Below are positions 28,750 to 40,372 of a DNA stretch of 64,000 nucleotides, in pieces (position 1 is the first letter of the stretch; each line of letters begins with the position of its first letter). The translations under genes were made by a program, and so were the position numbers. The DNA comes from Eledone cirrhosa (lineage: Eukaryota). The notes beneath the pieces are model-generated. The model saw only the letters and a list, made by a program, of their open reading frames with translations. It was not told where the DNA came from and made no database searches. The stretch covers positions 10,168,001 to 10,232,000 of the forward strand of contig OZ024745.1 of NCBI GenBank assembly GCA_964016885.1. The letters are read 5' to 3'.

Positions 28750-28833
28750 CTTAATTTTTTGTAAGTGTTGTTTTTCTCGTTCTTCTAATAATCCCTTCTC
28801 GTTAGACTTTCTTTCTAATTGTTTTCTTAGTTG
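28750..28833 (-). CDS. Coiled-coil gene, 5th exon seen (QLRKQLERKSNEKGLLEEREKQHLQKIK)
   Basis: 84 nt, AG acceptor at 28835-28834, GTTAGT donor from 28749, phase 0/0, in frame with the exon at 30285. Confidence 0.85.
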
Positions 28834-29149
28834 CTATAAAATATTGAAACTTCATTGGTCTTAACATTTTACTATTCAATAAAGTTTAAAATAATTACAC
28901 AAATATTTTGTGTCTCTATGAAATCTTTCCACAATCTTGCATATTCTTTGAATTACTGTTATTATAGTTTACCCTTTGTTGGTTTAACTGACCTCATATG
29001 AGGTTCTCATATGTTTCTTAGGTGATTTAAAGTTAGGGAGTCCTTGCTGTTAGGAATGTATAAGCAAGACACAATCTCACTTGTCTGGCCTCAGAATGTC
29101 CAGCATATGCATGGATGGAAAAGAGATGTAAATGATGATAACCCCAGTC

Positions 29150-29372
29150 TTATCATTAAGAGATTTCCCTACTGAACTGGACACCAATCAGTTGCAGGGG
29201 TTAACCCCCAGCTGCTCCTGCTGGTACTAATTTAAAAAAAAAATGTTTTCAGCTGAATGGACTGGAGCAACATGAAGTGTCTTGGTCAAGGACACATCAT
29301 GCCACCTAGCTCAGAAATCAAACCCACAATCCTATGATTGTGAGTCTAACTCCCTAACAACTAGGCCACATG
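29150..29372 (-). mobile_element. Decayed tRNA-headed SINE with CORE-like body
   Basis: Reverse complement begins GCATGTGGCCTAGTTGTTAGGG (A-box-like) and contains GTGTCCTTGACCAAGACACTT...TTGCTCCAGTCCATTCAGCTG, as in 30774-30905. Confidence 0.65.
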
Positions 29373-29739
29373 CTTACCCCATAAATCAACTCACTGTATT
29401 ATAAAAATAATATAGATTTGCTTTACTATTGTAGATCTAATTCCCCAGATTGCACAAGTTGGAAAGAGTATCTGTTGAAACCATTCTGTTTACAGCTGTT
29501 TAAAGCACTGAACCATGAAGTAGCAGTGAAAACCTTTCTTTTGTATGGCCAGGTAAACTGAAGCCAGCAGGTAACATAACAGCTACAGTAAGATCTGACT
29601 TTATCACCAGTAGTTTCGCATAAAACAATTTCAAGTGATGTATAAGTTGAAAGCCAAACTCACAAAGACATTAGGTGACAGCTAAGTTACTATGTGGTAC
29701 ACCAATCACTCATATGTCAATGGTGATGGTGATTATTAT

Positions 29740-30045
29740 TATAAGCATAATTATTATTATTATTGTGCATCGTTACTGCTTTACTAAGCATACATATGTG
29801 TGCAGTACCTAGTAGTGCTATCTTTTGTAGGCTGTATATATTTGTAAGTCCTGGGGTTTTGGCTATGTATTTGTCTGTATTTATCATTCCTAGAGCACCT
29901 ATTATTATAGGTATTGTTTCTGTTTTCCTTTTCCACATTTGAGTTATTTCTATCTCTAGATCTTTATATTTAGAGAGTTTCTGTATTTTCTTGGAAGATA
30001 TATTGTCGTCTGTGGGGATTGCTACATCTATTAGAAGGCATTCTT
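29740..30045 (-). mobile_element. 3' fragment of an R4/Dong-like (restriction-like endonuclease) LINE
   Basis: Minus-strand translation CLLIDVAIPTDDNISSKKIQKLSKYKDLEIEITQMWKRKTETIPIIIGALG...LQKIALLGTAHI resembles the RLE domain; (TAA)n tail. Confidence 0.75.
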
Positions 30046-30284
30046 CTTCTTCTTATTATTATGCCGTTTATTTGCCACAGAAAAAGCACCCAGTCCATAA
30101 TGTAAGGTTAGGAGGGGCATCTAACCATGAAAAACACAAACCCAAACCATAGCATATGAGCAAGCCCTGGTCACCTGACCTGTGTAACCCATGCAAACAT
30201 GGAAAGTAGATGTTAAACAATTGTGATGATGATGAATGGGAATTCTTACTTATGTGGGAACCTTTACAGTGTGGAAACTCTTAC

Positions 30285-30350
30285 CTCAATTTTGTCCTCC
30301 AGGGCTAAAGTAACAGATTCCTCATCTCTTCTAATTTTGTCAGTCACAGT
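30285..30350 (-). CDS. Coiled-coil gene, 4th exon seen (TVTDKIRRDEESVTLALEDKIE)
   Basis: 66 nt, TTTTCAG acceptor at 30352-30351, GTAAGA donor from 30284, phase 0/0. Confidence 0.85.
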
Positions 30351-30773
30351 CTGAAAATATTAACACAAAATATAAATGAAGTCTATTATTTTTTTCTTGG
30401 GGCTATGGGGAGGGGGGTGTCAGGACATTGCTGCTGTTGCTTTCATCAGATATTTTGTCTGAATATTTGGCAAATTAGAACAATTGTTATTGAAACACCA
30501 GTTAGAGCTGACCTTTCAGTGGTCAGTGTTATTGAAACAGCAGCTATAGCTAGCCATTAATAAGGAGCAATCAACCATTTAAGTGTGTGCCATTTGGAGG
30601 CAGTTCATTGCAATAATAACACTGAATTGTGTGCCATCTCTGAATCATGTCTATTTTCTGTTTGTTTTCCGTAATCCTGTTATCAATTACCTAATCTTTG
30701 CAAGCTACACCTGACGATGTTGCCAAAGGCATACATCATGATCTTATGTAACAAGACCATAGAAATATGTATT

Positions 30774-31223
30774 AGGCACATGGCTTAGTGGTTAGAGCAT
30801 TGGGTTTGCAATCGAAAGGTTGTGAATTCAATTCTCGGACTGGGTGATGTGTTGTTTCCTTGAGCAAGACACTTTATTTCACATTGCTCCAGTTTACTCA
30901 GCTGTAGAAATGAGATGATAGACCTGGGGTCCCTATCATTCCACTGCAAAGTGGTCGTGGAGGTGCCACGGCAAAAAAGCACCCAGCCCACACTGTAAAG
31001 TGGTCATGTAGGCACCACGGAAAAAAAAATCACCCAGCACTCACTGTAAATGAGGTTGGTGTTAGGAAGAGCATCCAGCTGTAAAAATCAAGCCAGAATC
31101 AGTTCCCGTATCAGCAAGACAAAGTCAGCCGACCTGACACTGCCCACAACAGGACAACCCGTCTAACCCATGCTAGCATGGAAGAACAGACGTAGAACTG
31201 TGATGATGATGATGATGATGATG
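30774..31223 (+). mobile_element. Full-length tRNA-derived SINE (family S2, long RTE tail)
   Basis: A box TGGCTTAGTGG, B-box-like ATTCAATTC, CORE-like TTCCTTGAGCAAGACACTT; 3' ~280 bp nearly identical to the RTE 3' UTR at 47830-48106; (GAT)n tail. Confidence 0.9.
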
Positions 31224-31867
31224 AAAAGAATATTTAGAATCTAGCTTTATGTTGTCTTTTAAATATCTAACTCTGTTCCTACACCAACAAGATACCACCT
31301 CTGCAGTGGATGGCATAACTTGGAGTGTTTTAGCTTAATACATTATGGTCTACTAACTAGAATAACCAGGTCTAGCCATTAGTTAAGCCATCCAATATAA
31401 CTTCTCCCTCAACATAGCAACTGTCATAACAGTCTGATTATTTCTTCTCAATTTAGCTTCTATAATGAAGTTTTAGCTTAATAACATATTCTTCCTCTCA
31501 GGACATATGTCATTTTTAATGGTACTTAAACTCACTTCCACACATGGAACCATTGAAATAGTAAATGGTGTTCAACTATATGATACCAATGAAAACAAAA
31601 TAGCAATAAACTTTCATACTTCAGTCTACATGTTAAAGACAAACTTTCTAGACATTTCCATGTGAAAAAATGGACGTTAAATGGTGATGATGATGATGAT
31701 GAAAGCTCTACACACATATACACACAAAACTTTTATTCTTTTACTACTTTGTCATTTGACAGTGGCCATGCTGGAGTACTGTCTTAATAGAGATTTAGTT
31801 TATCATATCAACCCTAGCGCTTCTTTTGTTTTGTTTTGTTTCAAGCACGGCACTTAACTTATTGACC

Positions 31868-32040
31868 TCACTGTAAATGTGGTTAGTGTTAGGAAGGGCA
31901 TCCAGCTGTAGAAACCAAGCCGGAAACAATTCTGTACGAGTAAGACATGGTCATCTGATCCGATTTGTCTCACAATGGGACAACTTGTCTAACCCATGCT
32001 AGCATGGAAAAAATGGACATTAAACAGTGATGACAATGAC
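31868..32040 (+). mobile_element. RTE/SINE 3' tail fragment
   Basis: CACTGTAAATGTGGTTAGTGTTAGGAAGGGCATCCAGCTGTAG...AACCCATGCTAGCATGGAAAAAATGGACATTAAAC. Confidence 0.85.
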
Positions 32041-32210
32041 GATTATATTCACTGTGGGCACAATATGGTCGGTGATCAAAAGGAAACTTTCCATATTATA
32101 TATAGATGGCAGACTGAATATGCACGTGATTTTTTCTTCTTTTTTTTTCCTCATTTCCCCCCGTTTCTTCTTCTTATCACTCTTTACTTTCTATTTACTT
32201 TCCATTTCTA

Positions 32211-32246
32211 TCTTCTGATGAAGTAGTAGTGTCTGAAACGTTAAGA
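32211..32246 (+). ncRNA. Second, degraded copy of the 27521 hammerhead motif
   Basis: TCTTCTGATGAAGTAGTAGTGTCTGAAACGTTAAGA; core boxes intact, stem II damaged; the next ~55 bp also match 27557-27610. Confidence 0.6.
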
Positions 32247-32560
32247 CTCTCTTCCTGTTATTTCAAGCGTTAAACTAATATATTTCTTCCATCTACTGTG
32301 CCGTTTGTTATTCCTGATTAGTTTTCTTTCAATTTGACTTTTATAATAAAGATTTAATTTCAACAATCTCATTTTTTTTGCTAAAGTCTTTTTCTGTTTT
32401 ACTGAGGAATGTGTGTGAGAAAATGTCTATAGATTTGTTTCTATGTGAGGGCCTGTGAGTGGAGAGAGAGATATTGTCTACTAGATGTAGTTAAGACATA
32501 GTTTGTTTGATTGTTATATGTTCTGGTCAAAGAGGCACAAGTTGAAAATATAAGATTTAC

Positions 32561-32686
32561 CTGTAACTGGGTACGTAGTTTTTTCACTTCTTCTTGGTAG
32601 GAATTCACCTGCTGAAGTAAACTCAACTTCAGTTCAGCATTAGATTTTTCTTTATTCTTCAGTTTATGGGATTCATCTTCCAAAAC
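32561..32686 (-). CDS. Coiled-coil gene, 3rd exon seen (VLEDESHKLKNKEKSNAELKLSLLQQVNSYQEEVKKLRTQLQ)
   Basis: 126 nt, AG acceptor at 32688-32687, CAG/GTAAAT donor from 32560, phase 0/0; overlaps the ORF-track entry 32441..32683. Confidence 0.9.
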
Positions 32687-32736
32687 CTACCAAATACCAA
32701 ACAAAGTAATTTATTCATTTGACAAAGATAGGCTGT

Positions 32737-32903
32737 GTCGTCATCATCATTTAACATCCATTTTTCCACGCTAGCATGGGTTAGACAAGTTGTCCCATTG
32801 TGAGACAAACCAGATCAGATGACCATGTCTTGCTCATACAGAACTGTTTCTAGCTTAGTTTCTACAGCTGGATGCCTTTCCTAACACCAACCACATTTAC
32901 AGC
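32737..32903 (-). mobile_element. RTE/SINE 3' tail fragment, inverted relative to 31868-32040
   Basis: Close reverse complement of 31868-32040, including the diagnostic TCTCACAATGGGACAACTTGTCTAACCCATG. Confidence 0.85.
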
Positions 32904-34227
32904 TATATTTCAACATAGACTTCTAGTTTCTGGATTCAAAACTTATGAAGATTTAATCCATGAGAGAATCTGATTAAATAAATACCAGTAAAATATTAGG
33001 GTCCACCCCATAAGTTGGTTGTACTGGTGACATAACAAAAAACACCTAGTTCATCTTGTAAGGTGGTAGTGCTGGTACCTAATAACCACATTTACAGTAT
33101 GGACTGGGTGCTTTTTATCATGGCCTTGTGAGTATTCAGTTTAGAACAGATCTGCATTAGGGGCAACTAAAGAAGTCGGGGCCAGGAAGGGTATCTGGCA
33201 ATAGATGGTTGTTAGACCTCCGTCATTTCCAATGAAGAATGCTCCAGTTAAGTCAATCAATGCAACTACCTGCTCATTAAATTAACATGTAAGTGTCCAA
33301 AGACATGTAGCAAGCTACTTTCCGTGGGCTCATTGATACCTTTTTCCATGCGTTGTTTGGTTGAATTCAGCCAATCGCTACCAGCATAGGGAAATGTATC
33401 TCGACTTCTGCCAAAAGGGAGAAATTCCCGCTTCTTTCGAAAAACTCTTTCTCTTTGCATCTAGACCCCATTAAGGTAACACCTATTTGTTTTTTGCTCA
33501 ACAAGCATTCCAAAATGTAGCTACCGAACTTTACCGCAGCCTAGTTTCTCACTTCAGCCACCGGACCGCGTCTTCCCTTACAGAACCTTAATTTGTTTGT
33601 TTCATTTCATTCAGCATGCCAGCGCAGCTAACACAACTCTTATCACAATCTTTGTTAATAACTTATATTAAAACGTTATACAGCCTTGTGATGTTATATA
33701 CTACTAAAATGGTGAATAATACATGCTGCTGTACTAATAACATAATACACCATCTTATGTTATAAACTGCACTGGTGACTTCTTTGATACACAATACACA
33801 AATACAAACATTAACTCACACACCCACACATATCTATATCTCTATTAAATTACTTCTAAAGACACATCCTTCATGTAGTGACCACAGAGACTCAGTGCAA
33901 TACAATACGTGAAATTACAGGTACAACTCATTTTTGCCAGCTGAGTGGTCTGACACAACATGACTTCAGACTAATGATTATATCAAAGGTAATTAAGTTA
34001 ATATTTAAACCAGAGAAAAAAAATATACCTTTATTTTATACTCCAATTCTTCAGAAATTCTCTTCCAAGTCCTTTCCTGAGAATCAGCTTTTTCTAATAA
34101 TTCCTAAAATGTGAAAAGATAAGATAGTTATTGTATTTCCGTTTTACATTTTGATTCCTGAAAGTCACTTCAATGGAATTGAGAGAAAAAAAGATTTTGA
34201 TGAAGAGTAATATATATATATATATAA

Positions 34228-34822
34228 TCATCATCATCATCATCATTTTACGTCCGCTTTTCCCTGCTTGCAAAGGTGGGACGGGTCTTATTCAGCACAG
34301 CATCTCTCCACTCGTCACGTTCCTTCGTCATCTCCACCGTGAGCTTCAATGATCTGAGGTCTGTTCTCACCACCTCCGCCCATGTTTTTCGTGGTCTGCC
34401 TCTACCACGTCTCCTTCAACTAGCATTTCCTGGCACTTCTTCACCCATCGGTCATCCTCCATGTGCATCACATGTCCATACCACCTCAGTCTCCTCTCCC
34501 GTACACTACATTCTATCCCTCTCAGACACAGTTTCTCTCTCAACACATTCATGCTGGGTCGTTCACGCACATTGACACTGCACATCCAACGGAGCATGCT
34601 TGCCTCAATTCTCTCCAGCCGTCGCATATCCTCTGCAGTTGCTGCCCATGTCTCACTACCATGCAGCATCGCGCTCCTCACACAGGCATCATACAACCGG
34701 CCTTTCGTACGCAGGGAGAAACCCTTCTTCGTCAACAGAGAAAGCAGCTCCCTAAACTTCTTCCAACCCGTCCTTATTCTGGATACTATGGCCTCGGAAC
34801 ACCCTCCTCCCATGCTAATCTG
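34228..34822 (-). mobile_element. 5'-truncated RTE LINE (family R2, short 3' UTR)
   Basis: ORF 34367..34813 GWKKFRELL...LYDACVRSAMLHGSETW...RRLRWYGHV; (GAT)n tail next to (TA)n. Confidence 0.92.
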
Positions 34823-34876
34823 ATGTATGTATGTATGTATGTATGTATGTATGTATGTATGTATGTATGCATGTAT

Positions 34877-35469
34877 GTCAGGTCACCAGTTGGTGCTACT
34901 GGTAACATGTATCCCAGTACAACCTCTCTCATGGTCGGATCGTTGGCGACTAAACTGGCAACCCCACCAAGGTTTCTTGGTGAGGAGGGTGACTTTGGAC
35001 ATCCTGCAGGACTAAAAACAAAACCTGTCAAAGGCCATCCAAAATCACAGGGAGAGATGACCCCTTAGCTTTTGTCAAGGCAGAATTCTAGGAGAAGGAA
35101 AACTCTGATATAATACCTGCAACCCTGATGGTATTCAATGATGTTGACTTGTTCTTCTTTTTGGTAAATATCATCTTGGTTAAGAGAGTGGGACTGGCTT
35201 TGTGCAGTGCCTTTGCTCACTATAAAAGCTTCACGGCACAGGCATTGCTTTATATCTGGAGATCTCTCTACACTTGTCGTCACATGGTACCATGGGCCTA
35301 GCACTATGTGTCAATAATTGTCACAATTGTATTGTTTGTACCAGAGTTTTCAAGTTGCTGGCTGGACTAAAACGTCACACACCGTCACACTCGTTCAGCG
35401 CATCGGTGGGGGTTCTCCTACATGGATATAAAGTAGTGGCCGTACTTGAAAACGAGTTGGCAGCCACCA
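34877..35469 (+). mobile_element. Non-autonomous ~600 bp RTE-derived element, copy A
   Basis: Reverse complement of 36709-37317 and 37435-38043; flanked by (TATG)n on both sides; 3' part encodes a decayed C2H2-like motif. Confidence 0.8.
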
Positions 35470-35672
35470 TGTATGTATGTATGTATGTATGTATGTATGT
35501 ATGTATGTATGTATGTAGGTAGGTAGGTAGGTAGGTAGGTAGGTAGGTAGGTAGGTAGGTATGTATGTATGTATGTAGGTAGGTATGTATGTAGGTATGT
35601 ATGTATGTATGTATGTAGGTATGTATGTATGTATGTATGTATGTATGTATGTATGTATGTATGTATGTATGT
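35470..35672. repeat. (TATG)n/(TAGG)n compound microsatellite
   Basis: Directly visible tetranucleotide runs. Confidence 0.95.
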
Positions 35673-36070
35673 ATAGTATATTTGGCAATATACTGTATGT
35701 TTAATTAAAAACATTTAGAAGACCATTCGCTATGAGTTTTAAAGTAGTGACTATGTCACTTATTTTCGGTGAAAACAAAGGGAGAGTGATGGACAGTCTG
35801 TTTCTAGCTTGTTGGCGTTTATCACATATATAAATTGTGACTTATCTTCATGTGTGTATACTTGTATAAGCACATAAAGTTAGGTCACAATTTTGATTCC
35901 TCATACATTCTGGAGATATGGTCAATATTGGGCCCTGAATTCTCAGTGATTTTGTCACATGTATCAACATAGATAAATATTATGTATTTCTGCTCTCTTT
36001 CTGATTGAGCATTGTTTCCCCCTTTTCCTACCTACAGATATTGCTACACACAAATACATACATATATACA

Positions 36071-36482
36071 TGGTGGCTGCCAACTCGTTTTCGAGTACGG
36101 CCACTACTTTATATCCATGTAGGAGAACCCCTGCCGATGCGCTGAACGAGTGTGACTTTTTAGTCCAGCCAGCGACTTGAAAACTCTGGTACAAACACTA
36201 CACTTGTGACAATTATTGACACATAGTGCTGGGCCCATGGTACCATGTGACGATAAGTGCAGAGAGATCTCCAGATATAAAGCAATGCCTGTGCCGTGAA
36301 GCTTTTATAGTGAGCAAAGGCATTGCACAAAGCCAGTCCCACTCTCTTAACCAAGATGATATTTACCAAAAAGAAGAACAAGTCAACATCATTGGATACC
36401 ATCAGGGTTGCAGGTGTTATATCAGAGTTTTCCTTCTCCTAGAATTCTGCCTTGACAAAGGCTAAGGGGTCATCTCTCCCGG
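36071..36482 (-). mobile_element. Same non-autonomous element, copy B (5'-truncated)
   Basis: Matches the 3' ~410 bp of copies A, C and D. Confidence 0.85.
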
Positions 36483-36708
36483 AAGATATATATATATATA
36501 TATATACGTATATATATCCACACATATATACATACACATACATATATATATACATACATATATATATACACATATATATACATATATATACATATATACA
36601 TACATATATACATATACATATACACATATACATACATATATACAAATATATATATACACACATATATACACATATACATATACATACATATACATATATA
36701 CATACATA

Positions 36709-37317
36709 TGGTGGCTGCCAACTCGTTTTCGAGTACGGCCACTACTTTATATCCATGTAGAAGAACCCCTACTGATGCGCTAAACAAGTGTGACTTTTTA
36801 GTCCAGCCAGTGACTTGAAAACTCTGGTACAAACACTACACTTGTGACAATTATTGACACATAGTGCTGGGCCCATGGTACCATGTGATGACAAGTGCAG
36901 AGAGATCTCCAGATACTAAGCAATGCCTGTGCCGTGAAGCTTTTATAGTGAGCAAAGGCACTGCACAAAGCCAGTCCCACTCTCTTAACCAAGATGATAT
37001 TTACCAAAAAGAAGAACAAGTCAACATCATTGGATACCATCAGAGTTGCAGGTGTTATATCAGAGTTTTCCTTCTCCTAGAATTATGCCTTGACAAAGGC
37101 TAAGGGGTCATCTCTCCCGGTGATTTTGGATGGCCATTGACTCTTAAGAGCTCCTTTGCTCTTTGACAGGTCTTGTTTTTAGTCCTGCAGGATGTCCAAC
37201 GTCACCCTCCTCACCAAGAAACCTTGGTGGGGTTGCCAGCTTAGTCGCCAACAACCCGACCATGAGAAAGGTTGTACTGGGATACATGTTACCAGTAGCA
37301 CCAACTGGTGACCTGAC
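36709..37317 (-). mobile_element. Same non-autonomous element, copy C (full length)
   Basis: Same termini as copies A and D (5' GTCAGGTCACC, 3' GGCAGCCACCA). Confidence 0.85.
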
Positions 37318-37384
37318 ATACATATACATACATATATACATACATATATATATACATATATACATACATATACATACATATATG

Positions 37385-37432
<48 letters not shown>

Positions 37433-37434
37433 TA

Positions 37435-38043
37435 TGGTGGCTGCCAACTCGTTTTCGAGTACGGCCACTACTTTATATCCATGTAGGAGAACCCCTACCG
37501 ATGTGCTGAACAAGTGTGACTTTTTAGTCCAGCCAGCGACTTGAAAACTCTGGTACAAACACTACACTTGTGACAATTATTGACACATAGTGCTGGGCCC
37601 ATGGTACCATGTGATGACAAGTGCAGAGAGACCTCCAGATATAAAGCATTGCCTGTGCCGTGAAGCTTTTATAGTGAGCAAAGGTACTGCACAAAGCCAG
37701 TCCCACTCTCTTAACCAAGATGATATTTACCAAAAAGAAGAACAAGTCAACATCATTGGATACCATCAGGGTTGCAGGTGTTATATCAGAGTTTTCCTTC
37801 TCCTAGAATTCTGCCTTGACAAAGGCTAAGGGGTCATCTCTCCCAGTGATTTTGGATGGCCATTGACTCTTAAGAGCTCCTTTGCCCTTTGACAGGTTTT
37901 GTTTTTAGTCCTGCAGGATGTCCAAAGTAACCCTCCTCACCAAGAAACCTTGGTGGGGTTGCCAGTTTAGTCGCCAACGACCCGACCATGTGACAGGTTG
38001 TACTGGGATACATGTTACCAGTAGCACCAAGTGGTGACCTGAC
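37435..38043 (-). mobile_element. Same non-autonomous element, copy D (full length)
   Basis: Same termini as copies A and C; separated from neighbours only by (TA/TACA)n. Confidence 0.85.
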
Positions 38044-38139
38044 ATATATATACATATATATACATATATATACATACATATATATATATATACATACATA
38101 TATACATACATATATATACATATATATATATATACATAC

Positions 38140-38177
<38 letters not shown>

Positions 38178-38341
38178 ATACATACATATATACATATATA
38201 CATATATATACATACATATATACATATATATACATACATATATACATATATATACATACATATATACATACATATATATATACATATATATACATACACA
38301 TATATATACATACATATATATATATACATATATATATATAC

Positions 38342-38376
<35 letters not shown>

Positions 38377-38381
38377 CATAC

Positions 38382-38425
<44 letters not shown>

Positions 38426-38489
38426 ATACATACATATGATGGCTGCCCCCTCGTTATCGAGTATGGCCATTGCACGAGGAGAAAAAAAA

Positions 38490-38559
<70 letters not shown>

Positions 38560-38575
38560 TACACACACATATACA
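38044..38575. repeat. (TA)n/(TACA)n microsatellite containing a short related 3'-end fragment (38437-38481) and an A run
   Basis: Visible repeats; TGATGGCTGCCCCCTCGTTATCGAGTATGGCCA resembles TGGTGGCTGCCAACTCGTTTTCGAGTACGGCCA. Confidence 0.85.
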
Positions 38576-38596
38576 TTAATAACAATATTGGTGTCC

Positions 38597-38744
38597 CACA
38601 CTGTAAATGTGGTTGGTGTTAGGAAGGGCATCCAGCTGTAGAAAACCCGCCAGACAGTTCTATGCGAGCAAGACAACCACTCTTGCCTCAAGTGGGAAAA
38701 CTCCCGTCCAAACCCATGCAAGCGTGGAACACGGACGTAAACGA

Positions 38745-38795
<51 letters not shown>
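38597..38795 (+). mobile_element. RTE 3' tail fragment followed by (AAT)n
   Basis: Nearly identical to 56863-57012. Confidence 0.85.
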
Positions 38796-38799
<4 letters not shown>

Positions 38800-39209
38800 C
38801 AATAATAATAACGACAACAATAATAATATACATATACATATATATATACACACAAACGCACACACATAAACATATCTATACACACACACACACGATAGCA
38901 ACTAACAGCGCTGCAACCACTTTCCAGTGGGAGGGTGTGGGGCATATTATCTATATGCTTCAGCTTCGGCTTGTATCCGTGGGAGGGTCGGGTCTTCTGT
39001 ATTACTGCATATATATATATTGGATGACCCGTCTAACCCATGCAAGCATGGAAAAATAGACGTTAAACGGTGATAGTGATGATGATATATATTTTCTTCT
39101 TCAACCTTCCAACCTCTTCTTCCTCCTAAATTATTTTCCTTTTCCCACAAGCATGAAACTAATAAGACTTTGTGTAACTGTTCTCTTTGTATTTGTTTTA
39201 AGAAAGATA

Positions 39210-40372
39210 AATTTCTTTATTAGCCACAAGGGCACAAAAGAAGGGGACAAATACAAATGGGGAGTTTACATACAGGTATATGAAAATAAAACTATTAATA
39301 CAATAACAAATAACAATTGAAATCCCCAATAGGGGGAGGTGTTACACAGGGATTGTACACACCCCGAAAAAATGTACAACCCTCATCTCCAGGAGCACCA
39401 AGAGTGAGTACTCCCCTCCTCTCTTCCTCTTTTTCCTCAACCTACAGGCTTATATAGAGAGAAGGCCCAACCACTCGGGCCATCTTTGCCACATTTACCC
39501 ACCTTTTATAAAATTTGCTGGGGTACAGTACCTCTCTCTCCATCCTGATTCTTCTTCCAAAATGATATTTGAAAAAACGAATCAGTTGCTCGCCGGAGAG
39601 AAAGGTGTCTGACCTCAGCCCTTTTAACCTCGTCCACCATATAACCTCTTTCACCATAGCCATAACACATAGGAAAACCGCCTCTCCCTCGTTTTTGAAG
39701 GAGGGTGGCGGCTTGATCATGACAATGGACTCGGTGGTCAACTGGATTGGTCCCATCCGCGACAATAGTCGTTCTACATAGCCCCACAGGTTGGTAACGC
39801 CCACGCACGCATCTCGGACAGATCTTTTTGGAAGGGTCCCTACCCGGGTGCTCGTGTCTGTAGAGCTCCTCGGTAGCACTGCCAGGCCAGGGACTTTTGG
39901 AAGTTGTCCATTGGTCCCGGGCGGAAGGTCCTACCGAACAGACTGGCCAGTTCGTCCTCCTCTACGCCTAGAGTTTCTCCGAGCGTGTCGTCGCACTTGC
40001 TGCGGACCAACCCTCTATAGAATGTCGAAGTGGAGTCTCCACTGATCGCCGGGTCCGTTTTCCAGAGGACTGTGAGCGCCTGAGCACATTTGATGTGCCA
40101 GTCGCCCATTTTCCTCGGTTTTTGCTCGACCCAGGTCTGCAGCTCGGTCAGCGAGACGAGTCGTGAGAAGGCTCGCCTCACGAACGGGGCCCACACCGGT
40201 TGTCTGGTGAGGAATACGTGGAGGTGCCGCAGCCTGAGCGCGTTTTTGCGCATCATCAGCCACGGCATCCCCAGCCCTCCGTTTGAAGGGTGTTGGCAGC
40301 AGATGGATCTTCTCACCAAAGGAGCCCGTTTCTTCCAAAGGAATTGGAAGAGCGCGAGCTCCATTTTGGTTA
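39210..40372 (-). mobile_element. 3' fragment of a Tx1/L1-clade LINE
   Basis: ORF 39840..40364 LFQFLWKKRAPLVRRSICCQHPSNGGLGMP (FLW...GGLG motif of Tx1/L1 ORF2); ORF 39442..39879 gives the C-terminal part; AATAAA near the 3' end; GC-rich against the flanks. Confidence 0.8.

Noticed and set aside
30774-30845. tRNA gene
   Set aside because: It has A/B boxes but no complete cloverleaf, and it continues into a SINE body.
36439-38945. Tyr/Ile/Met-rich ORFs (also at 53287-55393)
   Set aside because: They are translations of (TA)/(TACA)/(CA) microsatellites.
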